From: Octopus bimaculoides
Taxonomy: Eukaryota
Direction: 5' to 3'
Assembly (NCBI RefSeq): GCF_001194135.2
Contig: NC_069009.1
Span: 8,489,900-8,553,899, forward strand
DNA: 64,000 nucleotides
Made by a program: the position numbers and the translations under genes
Shown: piece after piece, positions 22,501-35,445 of the stretch
Position numbering within the stretch: the stretch's first letter is position 1
How the letters are laid out: each line of letters opens with the position of its first letter
Notes under the pieces: generated by a model
Seen by the model: the letters and a program-made list of their open reading frames with translations, nothing else
What the model was told of the DNA's origin: nothing
The model's database searches: none

Positions 22501-24060
22501 ATGATGATTTTCAGATGCTGAAATCAATTTCTTGTAATAGCATTTTTGATTAGTAGCATGCTCAATCCTCCTCATTTGACCAGTAGTTTCTTGTGGAGGG
22601 TAAGCTAAGATAACTGGAACACATTAGAACTAGAAATGTTTTTAGTTCATCTACAGAAAAGATTTTGATTTTATTCTTCCTAGCTGCAGAATATTGAACA
22701 GTTTCTTTTACCTTGGGGTCATATATTTCTGAGGTTAGTAGTTCCTCAAAAATTTCAACAGGGCTGCAATATTGCATAGCATCTTTCATTTTGCTAAAAC
22801 ATTCTGAATAATTCTGTTCTGGTCTGAGTGTTTGTGTATTCAGGAATCTTTTTCCTCCAAAGACGTTCTGAACAAAGTAATTTTCATTTCTTTGTGGGTC
22901 TTCTTGTTTGTTACTTAGGACTCTTCAGCAGTATTAGTCTCATTTTCATAATAATATGTAATTGCAGTGATCCAGGCACAACATTGACAATTGGCTCACC
23001 AGTGTCGTTGCTGTTGGCTAGTCCTCATCAGTGAGATTCTGTGAGTCTGGGGGTACAATGATCTTGTCAGTTGTCAAAGCATGAGCATGTTTTCTTGACA
23101 TCTAAGGGTAGACACCATAAAAGGATATAATTAACTGTTTATTATTGGTTTTATAACTATTTACTACAAAAGAATATTACAATCACAGCATTGCATTACA
23201 AAAACCATAACAGTATAGTTCACTGCGCTTTCAAAACTTTATAATACATACATTAAACAAATTTATCCAGAGGTGTCCTCTCTCCATACCAGCTACTTCA
23301 CTTCTGAATGTTGCAACACACTTTTTGCCTCTAATTACAGAACATATTTCAACTTGTCATAACAATACAGCATCATGTCACCACATGATGCTGTTCATGT
23401 GTCTCTGAGTAGAGTACCAGATCACATCACTACACAATGACCCAGTGTTCCAACATATTATGTAATAAATGTAATGTAATGTGTCTGAACAATTTTAAAG
23501 ATTTAGTTGTGTAAAATGGTTTTTAGAGATTCATATTTTGATGATAGATTTACAGTGAATGTTTTTAGTCAGATATTGAAAACTGAAATTTGTAAGCAAC
23601 TCTACTGACATTATTTTCATCATTTTTGCAGTCAAATTAATGTAACTATCTATTACTTGATTATGTGAATATGTAGTAAGATTAGAGCTTCCTTTATTTG
23701 GCATTCACATAAAAAAATATATAAAATATGAGCATATAAGCTTATTTAATGTTTTCATTTGGTGTCCTATAGGACTGTGGGACTTAATGGGTTGTGTAGA
23801 AAAGGTAAAGGTAGAAATTCCATATGTTGTACCTAGTGTAAGCTAAGGACACATAAGAAATACAGTAGCATCACAACAAGGTTAACAGAAACTAATTTTT
23901 GTGTTTGACAGATATGTAGGAACAATGGTAAACACTGCAAACACACAGGAAATAGACTGAGTCAAGTGCCCAGGGGCATCGTTAGAAATAGTTTCTGTTG
24001 TCTAAGTGATTCAATTAGCTTCTGAGGAGGATGTGTGTAGTTGCGGGAATCGGAACTGGC
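19570..24060 (+). mobile_element. Old RTE LINE (AP endonuclease to RT fragments), split by the piggyBac
   Basis: GFCNATGITICNTHFKKPTSNHITYQSG (APE); RT piece GLRVNLAKTK...WPC at 21060-21152 resumes as CRKG...NSI.CT.CKL after 23792. Confidence 0.75.
21157..23791 (-). mobile_element. Decayed piggyBac (PGBD2/3-like) transposon
   Basis: SPVEIFEELLT...FSVDELKTFL...LPSTRNYWS; QPRVLSTYNNGMGGVDKHDWLVSKY; ends TTAA-TCCATTAAAACCCAG and CTGTGGGACTTAATGGG; many stops. Confidence 0.88.
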
Positions 24061-24434
24061 TGGGAAAAGTTATTAACAAAGGGTCTCTCTCTCTCTCTCA
24101 GAGTGAAAAGCAGACTGTTTGATGCTTGTGTATGAGCGATGCTACACAGTAGTGAAATGTGGGCTGTTGAGGGGTCTTGCCTCATAAGTTAGTAATATGC
24201 TGGTGCCGCATAAAAAGCACCCAGTCCACTCTATAAAGTGGTTTGCATTAAGAAGGGCATCTGGCTGCAAGACCCATGCCAAGATAGACAATAGAGCTTG
24301 GCACAGTCGTCTCATTTGCCAGCTCCTCTCAAACTGTTGTTCATCCTAAGTCAGCATGGAAAACAGGCATTAAATGATGATGATGACAATGTTTGTGTGT
24401 GTGTGTGTGTGTATGATTGTATACATTTATATAC

Positions 24435-24508
<74 letters not shown>

Positions 24509-25530
24509 CTTTATAATTTCTGTACATCACCTCCAAACCTTCCAATATATATATATGGTTGGCGTTAGGAAGGGCATCCAGCTGTAGAAACTCTGCCAAA
24601 TTTAGATTGGAGCCTGGTGTTGCCATCCGGTTTCACCAGTCCTCAGTCAAGTCGTCCAACCCATGCTAGCATGGAAAGCGGACGTTAAACGATGATGATG
24701 ATATATATATATAGACAGACACACACACACATACATAGACACACACATGTACATGTATATAAATGTATATAACAGAAATGTCAAAAACTTTTTGAAAAAT
24801 CTTAGCATGGAAATTTATGATTGTTTTCAGAAAATAGAAGTGAGGAAGTTGGGAATGCACTTAACAGTGAATATGTCATTTTTCAATGTATTGAAACAAG
24901 ATGACATCCTTCAAAATATCGTCCTCGTTTAATGTCCACTTTCCATGCTGGCATGGGTCGGATGATTTGACAGGAACCAGCCAGGTAGAAGATTACACCA
25001 GGCTACTGTGTCTGCTTTGGCAGGGTTTTTATGGCTGGATGTCCTTCCTAACTCTAACCACCCTGCAGAGTAGGCTGAGTGCTTTCTTACGTGGCACCAC
25101 CAGAGTCAGTTTTGGTATGGTTTTGACAGCTGGATGTCCTTTCAATTGCCAACCACTTTACAATATGGATTGGATGCTTTTTATGTGGCACCAGCATTGG
25201 TAGAGTCACCAAGTAGCTTGCACAACAAGGAATCTTTGAGAGGGGAAGGTGCATCAGAGGTGGTGGTCTTGTGTCAGATGATGAAAAGTTAGAATGAGAC
25301 AGAGAGACAGAAACAGGTATCATGCTGTAGAGGAGGTACTTGGTTATCTAGCCAAAGAGAGACGAGGGAGAGAGTTAACAAGAAAGGGACTTCAAAATAT
25401 ACATTGAAAATAAATTTTCCAATGTCTGTATATTCAAATTAAAATTATTGAGCGTTTCCGATATTGGCTACATTGACATACTCTGTTTCACCATTCATTA
25501 CAAGATATATATGTTAAATCTGTGTGTGTG

Positions 25531-25569
<39 letters not shown>

Positions 25570-26005
25570 TCATCATCATCATCATCGTTTAACGTCCGCT
25601 TTCCATGCTAGCATGGGTTGGACGATTTGACTGAGGACTGGTGAAACCGGATGGCAACACCAGGCTCCAGTCTGATTTGGCAGAGTTTCTACAGCTGGAT
25701 GCCCTTCCTAACGCCAACCACTCAGAGAGTGTAGTGGGTGCTTTTACGTGTCACCCGCACGAAAACGGCCACGCTCGAAATGGTGTCTTTTATGTGCCAC
25801 CCGCACAAGCCAGTCCAGGGGCACTGGCAACGATCTCGCTCGAAAATCCTACAGGAGCCAGTCAGGCGGTACTGGCAACGGCCACGCTCAAAATGGTGCA
25901 TCTCATGTGCCACCCGCACAAGAACCAGTCCAGGGGCACTGGCAACGATCATATATATATATATATATGAAGTATGTATATAATGTTGTTTCTTATCTAT
26001 TTCAG

Positions 26006-26083
26006 ATTTCTACGAATGTATAGACCTCATCCAAAAGTCCATTGAAGAATCAGACTTTGTGGCTATAGATGGCGAGTTTACAG
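26006..26083 (+). CDS. PARN: PARN exon 2 (78 nt, NFYECIDLIQKSIEESDFVAIDGEFTG; DEDD residues D and E)
   Basis: tttcag|ATTTC...TTTACAG|gtgagt; AIDGEF exonuclease motif I. Confidence 0.97.
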
Positions 26084-26749
26084 GTGAGTGGAGGTGCCAG
26101 TATTGTGTAGCCCTAGGTCAGTTTTGATCCACCTGACAGGCGTTCCAGCTAAGAACATCCCATCTTATATTCTGTTAGAGTGTATTTAGGACTACATTAT
26201 CTAATGTATAGTAGTAGTTTAGTAGCTACAGGTATTTTTGTTGTTGAGCTCTTACTCAGTCCTGGTCTAGCTTACCTGTGATCAAAGATGTTCCAGTAGC
26301 AACCATTCCATCTTTTATTCAAATATGGTGTATCTAGGGTTATAATATTCTGTGTGTCCCCTTTTTTCTAAGACAGAGAAAGGAAATTTGAAAGATCTGG
26401 CTGTTATCTCTTGCAAGTCATGGTAGACTTCTTTGAAAACTTGAAGCATATCACCACAGTTGTCCCAGACACATTCAATTGTAAAACAGCACCCAACACA
26501 CTCTGTTAAGTGGTTGGCATTAGGAAAGGCATCCAGCTGTAGAAACCATGACAGAACAGACAGTTGGAGTCTGGACAGCTCTATGTCAAACCATCCAACC
26601 CATGCCAGCATGGAAAGAGGATGCTAAATGATGATGATGTTGAAAATGAATGATTATGAGTGTGTGTGTTAATGGTAGATGTGCAAGTATCTGTATATAA
26701 GTGACTTATTTGACATCAGCCTTATTATCTCTCTCTCTCTCTCTCTCTC

Positions 26750-26925
26750 TCAACCGTGCAAGAGAAAGACGTCACAGGGTAGCATCTGCCACAATTCAGC
26801 CAACAGACGATTGTTGTGACATCTGTGGACGCCTGTGTGCTTCCAGCTTTGGACATGCACTCTCATTGGTGAGAACACAGACTTTGTTATCATCAGACAC
26901 TGATGGACTACCAACATGATGCATA
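26750..26925 (+). mobile_element. 3' end of a second (BovB-like) RTE family
   Basis: CDICGRLCASSFGHALS degenerate C2H2-type terminus followed by ACTGATGGACTACCAA. Confidence 0.6.
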
Positions 26926-27523
26926 TGTATATACAGATGAGATCCAGAGGTTCTCAGTACAGAAGACACTTAGTAGTGCTCAAATGATTCAAACTTAGAT
27001 GCCAGTGTCTTTACAGGGGATCAATTCCACAGGGTAAAAAATGGCTATAAGAGGAATCAAGTTGAGCAGATATAGAGGCAATTATGCAGACATTTAGAGA
27101 TATTTAATATAGCTAATTTGTTTATTTGCATAATTGCCTCATGTATTTTGCTTAGGCGTTGTGAAACAAAAAATCTGGTGTAGAACTCAATATACAGGTG
27201 CTTCAGAACGAAGTTTTAGTCAAGTACTGAGCAGTAATAAGAAATTGGGATGACAACAAAAATAAATGATTATCTTGTGAACTTCATGTGTATATAAATA
27301 TATTTTCTTTTATTTTATTCTTTTACTTGTTTCAGTCATTTGGCTGTGGCTATGCTGGAGCACCGGGTTTAGTTGAACAAATTGACCCCAGGACTTATTC
27401 TTTGTCAGCCTGGTACTTGTTCTATTGGTCTCTTTTGCCAAACTGCTAAGTGACGGGGACATAAACACATCAACATCAGTTGTCAAGCGATGGTGGGGGG
27501 ACAAACACAGACGCACAAATATG

Positions 27524-27569
<46 letters not shown>

Positions 27570-28103
27570 GTGTGTGTGTATGTATGTATGTATATATATA
27601 TATATATATATATATAGAAAGAATATATATATACACACACACACAACAGACTTCTTTCAATTTCTGGCTACTAAATCCACTCACAAGGCTTTGGTTGGCC
27701 TGAGGCTATAGCAGAAGACACTTGACCAAGGTGTTATGCAGTGGGACTGAACCTGGAACCATGTGGTTGGGAAGCAAGCTTCCTACCACACATATATATA
27801 TATATATGATATAGGTATCATATACTATTGATATAGGTATCTGTATATTTCTGCGCACATCTATGCGAGTGTGTGTGTGTGTATCTTTGCTTCCTGTGCT
27901 AAAATGTACTTTCAGCAAAGCAGCTTCTGTGTTTAGTTAGCCTTGCCAAATTGCCAGCACCCAATTCTCTTATTCAAATGGTAGAAAAGACACTTGTCCA
28001 AGCTCTGAACCTAAAATATGTGCATGTCTTATTGTCCTTTTTATCATTTTTTTTTCTTTGACATCCATGTGTCTGACCATTTTCTAAAACATCATCTTTT
28101 CAG

Positions 28104-28177
28104 GTTTGGACCACCCTGACCATGGTCAGCCCCAGCCTTTCGATACCCCAGCAGAACGATACCAGAAGCTTAGCAAG
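28104..28177 (+). CDS. PARN: PARN exon 3 (74 nt, LDHPDHGQPQPFDTPAERYQKLSK)
   Basis: ttttcag|GTTTGG...AGCAAG|gtaaac; FDTPxERYQKL motif. Confidence 0.96.
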
Positions 28178-28704
28178 GTAAACCACAATGTGCATTTGTT
28201 CTTTTTTGTTGTTGATTTTTGTCCTGTGCCTCCCCTTCACCTGATCACTTCTCTGGCCACCAGCTATAATCAGAGGACCATTTAATTCAGAAAACTTGGC
28301 TGTAGTAAGATGAGATCAATACCTTTTTTTTTTTCTCTTGTTTATATAATCTTTATTAAGAAATATTTCTCTTGAGCCCAGCAGACAAAATAGAAAAGGC
28401 TTTGCTCCAGAGGATGGCAAGAGAGACATACTGGAACAGCTATTCTACCTCACAGGGCTTGCACTTGCAGACAGCCATCTCTGCTATCGAAGCAGCCATC
28501 TCTGCTATAGCCCTGGGCTGACTAATGGCTTGTGAGTTGATTTGGCAGATGGAAAGTAAAAGTAGCCCATACATAAGTGTATGCGCATGTGCATTTTTCC
28601 TTTTTAGGGGTCAGTTCAGTTTCTACATAAATTACATGTTTTTCTCTCCCTAGGCGTCATTTGGGTTTATACGTACATTACATGTTTCTTTTTTCTTTCC
28701 TTAG

Positions 28705-28772
28705 GGGTCAGTTGAGTTTCTACTGCTCCAGTTTGGTCTTTGTACATTCAAACTAAACCCTGAGACACAGCA
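28705..28772 (+). CDS. PARN: PARN exon 4 (68 nt, GSVEFLLLQFGLCTFKLNPETQQ)
   Basis: ccttag|GGGTCA...CAGCA|gtaagt; QFGLCTF motif. Confidence 0.96.
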
Positions 28773-31272
28773 GTAAGTATCAGTGTCCCCTTTTTTCTTC
28801 TCTTGTTTAACATGTAAATGATGTAGTAATGCCCCAGCATGACCACAGTCCAATGTCTGAACTCTGTAAATAAATCAGACTGGCTCCAGAGCACTATTAC
28901 TGTAACTACACAATTCCTTGTGCTCATTCAGCTTGCTAGAATTAGTAGTCAAATCTCCCTCAGCTCATTCCTAACCATCTTAGAAAAGGACATATTAGGT
29001 AATGTGGTTCTGAGTTTGTTTTACATGGGAAGAACAAGATGGTCATGGCTGGAATACCTTCGCTCATAGGGCTGACCTTCATCATCATCATCATCATCGT
29101 TTAACGTCCGCTTTCCATGCTAGCATGGGTTGGACGATTTGACTGAGGACTGGTGAAACCGGATGGCAACACCAGGCTCCAGTCTGATTTGGCAGGGCTA
29201 AACAACAGCTAAGGCTATGAAATAGATGGATTTTCTTCCATTGCTTTCTATGGATTAGTATCCCAGTTGTTTGATTACCTTAATCCTCCAGCATACAGAA
29301 AACTCTGTCAAATGTAAGGAATATTTATTCATATTGTCTGAATTAGTTATTCATTATCTCATTGTTGTGAGATTTTGTTGATATGTCTCTCTCTGTCACA
29401 CTCTAACCTTTCATCATCTGACACAAGATCACCCCCTCCAATGTCCCCCTCCCCTCTCAAAGGATCTTTGTCTTGCAAGTTATTTGGTGACCTTGCTGGT
29501 GCTGGTGCCGCATAAAAAGCATCCAGTCCACACTGTGAAGTGGTTGGCATTTGGAAGGGCATCCAGCTGTAAAAACCATGGCCGGCTCCTGTCAAACTGT
29601 CAAACCCATGCCAGCATAGAAGACAGACATTAAATGATGATGATGGTAATTCTTTATTTCTAGAATGACATTGTAGGCTAGGTGTCGGAGGCCAGATTTG
29701 GCCAGTTCGAACATAAAACAGGTAGAATATTTGGGCCAGATATGGCCAGTTTAAATACTAAAGGATTAAAATAATACATAAAAGGCCCAATATTTCACAA
29801 ATATGTGTATATTTTTTTCTCCTTTAGTGCAGGTTGGATGGGTCTCACAGCATTTCACTATTTGTCACACTTCTTCATCACCTAGAACATAGTAACAGAG
29901 AAAATTAGCTGTCGTTGGATGTAAGTGTATGTATGTATGTATGTATGTATCTGTGAGTTGACACAGGCATGGCAGTGTTGTGAAGAAGTTTGGTTCCTAA
30001 CCACCTGACTCTAGGTTCAATTCCATTGCATGGCATCTTGGTCAAGTGCCTTCTGCTATTGCCCTGAACTAACCAAAGCCTTCTGAGTGGATTTGGTAGA
30101 CAAAAACTGAAATAAGCTGGTCATGTATATCTATCTTTGTATATGTGTATATATATANNNNNNNNNNNNNNNNNNNNNNNNNNNNNNNNNNNNNNNNNNN
30201 NNNNNNNNNNNNNNNNNNNNNNNNNNNNNNNNNNNNNNNNNNNNNNNNNNNNNNNNNNNNNNNNNNNNNNNNNNNNNNNNNNNNNNNNNNNNNNNNNNNN
30301 NNNNNNNNNNNNNNNNNNNNNNNNNNNNNNNNNNNNNNNNNNNNNNNNNNNNNNNNNNNNNNNNNNNNNNNNNNNNNNNNNNNNNNNNNNNNNNNNNNNN
30401 NNNNNNNNNNNNNNNNNNNNNNNNNNNNNNNNNNNNNNNNNNNNNNNNNNNNNNNNNNNNNNNNNNNNNNNNNNNNNNNNNNNNNNNNNNNNNNNNNNNN
30501 NNNNNNNNNNNNNNNNNNNNNNNNNNNNNNNNNNNNNNNNNNNNNNNNNNNNNNNNNNNNNNNNNNNNNNNNNNNNNNNNNNNNNNNNNNNNNNNNNNNN
30601 NNNNNNNNNNNNNNNNNNNNNNNNNNNNNNNNNNNNNNNNNNNNNNNNNNNNNNNNNNNNNNNNNNNNNNNNNNNNNNNNNNNNNNNNNNNNNNNNNNNN
30701 NNNNNNNNNNNNNNNNNNNNNNNNNNNNNNNNNNNNNNNNNNNNNNNNNNNNNNNNNNNNNNNNNNNNNNNNNNNNNNNNNNNNNNNNNNNNNNNNNNNN
30801 NNNNNNNNNNNNNNNNNNNNNNNNNNNNNNNNNNNNNNNNNNNNNNNNNNNNNNNNNNNNNNNNNNNNNNNNNNNNNNNNNNNNNNNNNNNNNNNNNNNN
30901 NNNNNNNNNNNNNNNNNNNNNNNNNNNNNNNNNNNNNNNNNNNNNNNNNNNNNNNNNNNNNNNNNNNNNNNNNNNNNNNNNNNNNNNNNNNNNNNNNNNN
31001 NNNNNNNNNNNNNNNNNNNNNNNNNNNNNNNNNNNNNNNNNNNNNNNNNNNNNNNNNNNNNNNNNNNNNNNNNNNNNNNNNNNNNNNNNNNNNNNNNNNN
31101 NNNNNNNNNNNNNNNNNNNNNNGGTCGACGTTATTTTTAAAATGTACCTTAATCCCCTGAGATTGCAGATAATATTTCTGAATCTCTTTGATTCTTTAAA
31201 TGTGCTGGCCCCCTGATAATTAATCGATATTAATTAATATATTAATATATGACTAATTACCAGATCTTATAA

Positions 31273-31319
<47 letters not shown>

Positions 31320-33706
31320 AGTGAGAATTTACAAAAAAACAAAAGACGAAGACAGGTGTGTAAACAACGAACAGATGTATTAGTTTAACGCTTGGGAAGT
31401 GAGAAAGTCTTTTACATGTGTTTGTGTCCCCTTCCTTTGACATCGTATGATTGATGTAAATGAACATCACCATCATACAAGCAGTGTCCTTTATTTTGAG
31501 TCTTCAGTGAAAACATGTCAGGCCATGGGGAAATATTAACTTGCTTGGACACAAGTAAAGGTTGATGATCGGAAGGGCATCCATCTGTAGAAAATCTGTC
31601 TGAGTAAACTCTGACCCATGCAAGTATGAAAAAGTGGACATGGGAATAATAATTATGACTTCAATATATATATACAATTATATAATGTGTATACACATGA
31701 ATACACATGTATTTAACTCTTCAAATGGATTGCCAAAAGCAACACACACACACACACCGCTTACTGACTCTTTTGACCAATCTGCCCAAGTTAGGTTTCC
31801 CCATATTTACAGTATACTTGGTATTGCTGTTCCTGTTGTTCAATGCACAGTGGGTGGAGCGCAACCATCCACACCTAACAATTGGTTTATTATATGTACG
31901 ACCTGTCTTCTCTATCTGAGATATATATATGCTGGTACCACTTAAAAAGCACCCATCCTGGTGTCTCATAGAAAAGTACCTGTGCTGGTGCCATGTAGGT
32001 TGGTGTTAGGAAGGGCATCGAACTGTAGAAACCTTGTCAAGACAGACAGCTGGAACCAGTTGCTGCCTTCTGGTTTGCCAGCTCCTATCAAACTGTGCAA
32101 TCCATGCTAGCATAGAAAACGGACATCGAACGATGATGGTGATTATTTTATAAAATATAGAATCTTTTAAGAAACAGTAAAAAAGGTGATGCTTTGGAAT
32201 AAGCAACCATTCCTCACTCAAACAGATACAGACACACATCCACACACAAGTATTTAGTTTTGTTTTTTTTTTGTGTATTATTTATTACATTTCTTTAAAA
32301 TTAAATTGTTTTATGCACAAAAACACTATAGACTAGAACAGACCTTATAAAAAGCACCCAGTCCACTCTGTAAAGTGGTTGGTATTAGGAAGTGCATCCA
32401 GTTGTAAAAACCATGCCAAAGCAGACAATATAGCTTGGCTAAGTCCCTAGATTTACCAGTTCCTGTCAAACGGGCCAACCCAAGCCAGCATAGAGGATAG
32501 ATGTTAAATGACGAAGCATTACAAACCCTCAGTGTGAGTGAAATAAGATTGTAAACACATTTTTTTTTATAAGTGGATAAAAAGAGGGGCAGTCTCTTGA
32601 TGGGCTGTGTCATAGTTTATTGACTGCTCCTCAGAGAAGTTGTACCAAAGTTCTTTTCTCAATTAGTTCCTATATAAAGCAATGATAAATTAAGCTACGT
32701 CCATGGTGAATAGACTAATTTACATTTTTGTGCTTTTGATTGCATGTCATTAATTATTTTATTCACAAAATGGCATTAATCAGAAGAAATTAGATTTAAA
32801 CATGACATTACATCAAGCTAAGTGAAATCATGGTCATGGCTGTTGCTGCTGACGCGTAAAAGGCACCCATGCTGGTGATATGAAGAGGGCACCTGTGCTG
32901 GTCACACGTAAAAAGTATCTATACCAGTGACGCATATAAGGCACCTGTGCCAGTGACACAGAAAAGACACCCAGTACACTCTGTAGAGTGGTTGACATTG
33001 GGAAGGGCATCCAGCTGCAGAAACCAAGCCAAAATAAACTGGAACCTGGTGCAGCTTTCCAGCTGACTGGCTCTAGGCAACCCGTCTAACCCTTGCCAGC
33101 ATCAAAACAGATGTTAAATGTTGATGAATACAATCTTATGTTGAATTTCTTTATTTTAAACACAATAGTAATTATCATTCGCCCATTATACTTTAGTTTG
33201 TTTGAGAGGTGGAGGGAGAGAAATGTGAATAGAGAAGAAAGAAGAGAGGATTATAATAATACACTAAGGTCAAATGCATCACGTGGTTAGTTGAAAGGAG
33301 AGGTGAAGAGCAAGAGGAAAAGTAGGAGAGGGAAGTGTTAATGATGTGCTGTAGGTTGGGGAGGGAAAGGTGAAAAGAAAGAGAGAAATGTTAGAGACAT
33401 GGTTAGAAAGTTTGTTGAAGAGATAGAGAGCAAGAAAGAAATATAAAGTGCTTAGCAGAGGGAAATTTTAAAAAAAGTGAAATAACATAGCAAAATAAAA
33501 ATCATCCTTTCTTTCCTAAATAGCTTTCCTTCATTTTTTTCATTCTGTGGAATTTCCACAGATCCCACTGGTAAAGTCTACAAAAGTATATTCTAGTACA
33601 ATGATTTTTCTTCGAATGTTGTGCTTCTTTCGAAAGGACTCACAAAACCCTTCTAAATACATATTTTGTACATTGACAATAATCTTTCTCTTTTCTATCT
33701 TTGCAG

Positions 33707-33788
33707 GTATGAAACCAATCCATTCAACTTCTACATCTTTCCGAAACCCTTCAAAAAAGAGTCACCTGATCAAAGATTTCTCTGTCAG
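33707..33788 (+). CDS. PARN: PARN exon 5 (82 nt, YETNPFNFYIFPKPFKKESPDQRFLCQ)
   Basis: ttgcag|GTATGA...TGTCAG|gtaggt; FNFYxFPKPF motif. Confidence 0.97.
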
Positions 33789-35445
33789 GTAGGTGATGTG
33801 CTATATACATGTATGTACACACACACACACACACAGGATCTTTTTTGTTTCCAGAGTTCTTCAAAAGTGCCGAGTGATCAGTCAACAAAGAATGTCAACA
33901 TTACGACTGCTTTACTTGACGGGTGCATGCACTCACACACACTTTGTTCTTACATCCATTTTCCCATGTTAGCATGGGTTAGATGAATATATTATTATGG
34001 CATTGTTTTGCATCTTTATTCATTTCCTGTTCCTAACCTATACCTGATTTTCAAGTAAGGAGTCTCTTATTTTGCATGTCTTTGAAGTTCTAAACATTAT
34101 CATATGTTTTCCATGCTGGCATGGGTTAGATGGTTTACTGCACCAGGTTCCAATTTGTTTTGGCTTGGTGTCTATGGCTGGATGCTCTTCCCAACACCAA
34201 CCACTCCAAAAGTGTAATGGATGCTTTTTATGTACCACTGGCACAAGTGCCAGTTATGTGACACTGGCATTAGCTGCAACTACAATTTCACTTCACTTGA
34301 TGAGTTTTCTCAAGCACGGCATATCACCAAAGGTCTTGGTCACTTCTCATTGGCTTTGTGAGGCCTAACATTCAAAGGGTGCCTTTTTATGTGCCACCAG
34401 CACAGGTGCCAGTCACATGACAGCAGCATTGGGCATGACTACAATTTCTTTACCAGGGAAAAATTACATCAACAACACTTGTAGCGCAGTGATTTTCAGA
34501 AAAGGCCAAATATAAGCAAATACACAGATGCATAGATACACGCATGCACATACACACATCTGTGGTAGGCTTTTTTGCAGTTTCTGTCTATGAAACCCAT
34601 TTACAAGGTTTTGGTTAATAACATCTTAAAGATCCTGTCCAGTGAGTGCAGGCGTGGCTGTGTAGTAAGAAGCTTGCTTCCCAACCACATGGTTTCAGGT
34701 TCAGTCCCACTATATGATACCTTAGGCAAGTGTCTTCTGCTATAGCCTTGGGCCAACCAAAGCCTTGTGAATGGATTTGGTAGATGGAAACGGAAAGAAG
34801 CCTGTCATATATATTTTTATTATAGGTGTAGGCATGGCTGTGTGGTAAGAAGCTTGCTTAACAACTACATGGTTTCAGGTTCAGTCCCACTGCATGGCAC
34901 CTTGAGCAAGTGTCCTCTACTTTAGCTTCAGGCTGACCAAAGCCTTATGAGTGGATTTGGTAGACAGAAACTGAAAGGAGTTCATTGTATATGTCTATAT
35001 ACATATACATGTGTGTGTGTATGCACCTCCTTATTTTGGCATCATATGATACTTGTAAAGGAGTGTCAGCTCCATAGGAGCAATGTTGTTCGTTTTTGAC
35101 CTTCCATTAAAAAAGGTCTGGTCAGAAGGAAATATTACCTTGCTTGGAAACAAGTGAGAATTTGTATCAAGAAGGGCATCTTGTTGTAGAAAGTATACTT
35201 CAACAAATTCTATCCAACACACACACTCACACTCACACACTCACACAGTCAGAAATGACAGAGAAATAGTTTGATGAGATTTTATTTGACAGTAAGAAGA
35301 TTCTAATATCATGATAGATTGTTTCGTAACTTCAAAGCATGTAAATAATTTATATCATTATATTTAATAATAAGTAAATTATTTACATGCCTGCATTAAT
35401 ACAAAATGCAAAAAATCCTTCAAAGATAATATTTATGTATGTTTA

